A stretch of 46,596 nucleotides of DNA, counting the filler, from Streblomastix strix (Eukaryota): assembly GCA_008636045.1 (NCBI GenBank). It is 2 parts of 2 records of this genome, joined end to end, with 100 filler letters (N's around TTAATTAATTAA, not from the genome) between each part and the next. Parts side by side here need not be neighbours in the genome. Positions count along the whole stretch, not along the records: positions 23,350 to 46,596 come from SNRW01000294.1; 1 more part is not named here. One strand, given 5' to 3'. The notes under the pieces were generated by a model. The model saw only the letters and a program-made list of their open reading frames with translations, had not been told where the DNA came from and searched no databases. The translations under genes were made by a program, and so were the position numbers. Positions within the stretch are counted from its first letter, which is position 1, and each line of letters starts with the position of its first letter. Positions 45,874 to 46,596 of the stretch are shown piece after piece.

Positions 45874-46596
45874 ATGGACAGTGTAAATGAGGAATTCATC
45901 ATCCCACAGCTATACGAAGATTTGTTAAAACAGCCTGATGATATCCACACGTTCATGGTTGAGAGTGCATCTTTATATGAAGACCCTGCTGATGCAGCAT
46001 AAGCACTAAACAACATTCAGAGTTTGCCTTCTTTTTTTCTTTTATGATAATATTAATTTTTTTCATATAATGCCAAGATGATATTATTAATTTTGTACCA
46101 AATAAGATCCCCAGTCACCGAGTATTTGATACTCTATTTGGACTTCTATAACAAGCTTAGTACGATCTTCTGGAAGTTAGTACAAAGAATGATCTTGCTG
46201 GTAGTTTATATGAAGGATTGAATGCATTGATCCCACTTATTGATTCATACATAATGTTCAGAAGGAATATAATTGGATAACCATTAGAAGATGGAATAGG
46301 AATGGGTGAAGGCACTCTGAGGAAGAAGAAGACTCAAGGATCAACAGTTGCAGCATCAGTCAACTTCAATGAGATGAGTGGACAGGAATTAGCAACAGTT
46401 CCAGTTAGATTGAGGAATGCAATGAAGATGTTCATATTTCTTATACAACGTCTGAATGATCTCGCACTTGATGAATTTGAAAGAACAGCAACTGCACAAA
46501 AAGAAGAGAAATAAGGATGGGTTGGATTTCGTGGTTTGGGAAGAGGAGTAAAATAGAATAAAGCTTCTGCTAATAGAAATACAGACGTTGTATAAG
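45874..46596 (+). CDS. NCAPD2: Mirror copy of condensin CAP-D2 N-terminal part (truncated)
   Basis: Reverse complement of 23350-24072. Confidence 0.7.

Larger units (their letters stand above)
23350..46596. repeat. Whole-contig inverted repeat: arms 23350-34859 and 35087-46596, with a 227-bp non-palindromic spacer at 34860-35086
   Basis: Mirror coordinates sum to 69946 for every ORF-track pair and for the two contig ends. Confidence 0.97.

Noticed and set aside
23350..46596. Palindrome as a transposon with terminal inverted repeats, linear plasmid or rDNA-type palindromic minichromosome
   Set aside because: No transposase, polymerase, rRNA or telomeric repeats. It contains ordinary nuclear genes truncated at the ends and at the centre.

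Overview
AT-rich, intron-containing eukaryotic (protist) nuclear DNA read with a non-standard genetic code, so the supplied standard-code ORF track is largely misleading. TAA and TAG encode Gln throughout. At least 8 TGA codons sit in-frame inside otherwise intact genes (a DOCK GEF, a DSP-family protein and a coiled-coil protein), yet TGA also ends every gene whose 3' end is visible. This suggests a code with no dedicated stop codon (TAR=Gln, TGA=Trp or stop depending on position). Introns of about 50-150 nt argue against the tiny-intron ciliates where this code is known. An oxymonad such as Streblomastix is my best guess for the organism, by inference only. The window appears to be two contigs joined by an artificial N-TTAATTAATTAA-N linker at 23250-23349. 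Left contig: a PP2C phosphatase, a roughly 3,900-aa divergent DOCK-family GEF, NXF1/Mex67, and a Cys-to-Ser DSP pseudophosphatase (3' truncated). Right contig: an 11.5-kb-arm palindrome that folds back mid-exon, probably an amplification or assembly chimera. It carries two copies each of the condensin CAP-D2 5' end, TMEM208/SND2 and two low-complexity hypothetical genes. All translations and alignments were done by eye; exon boundaries are approximate.
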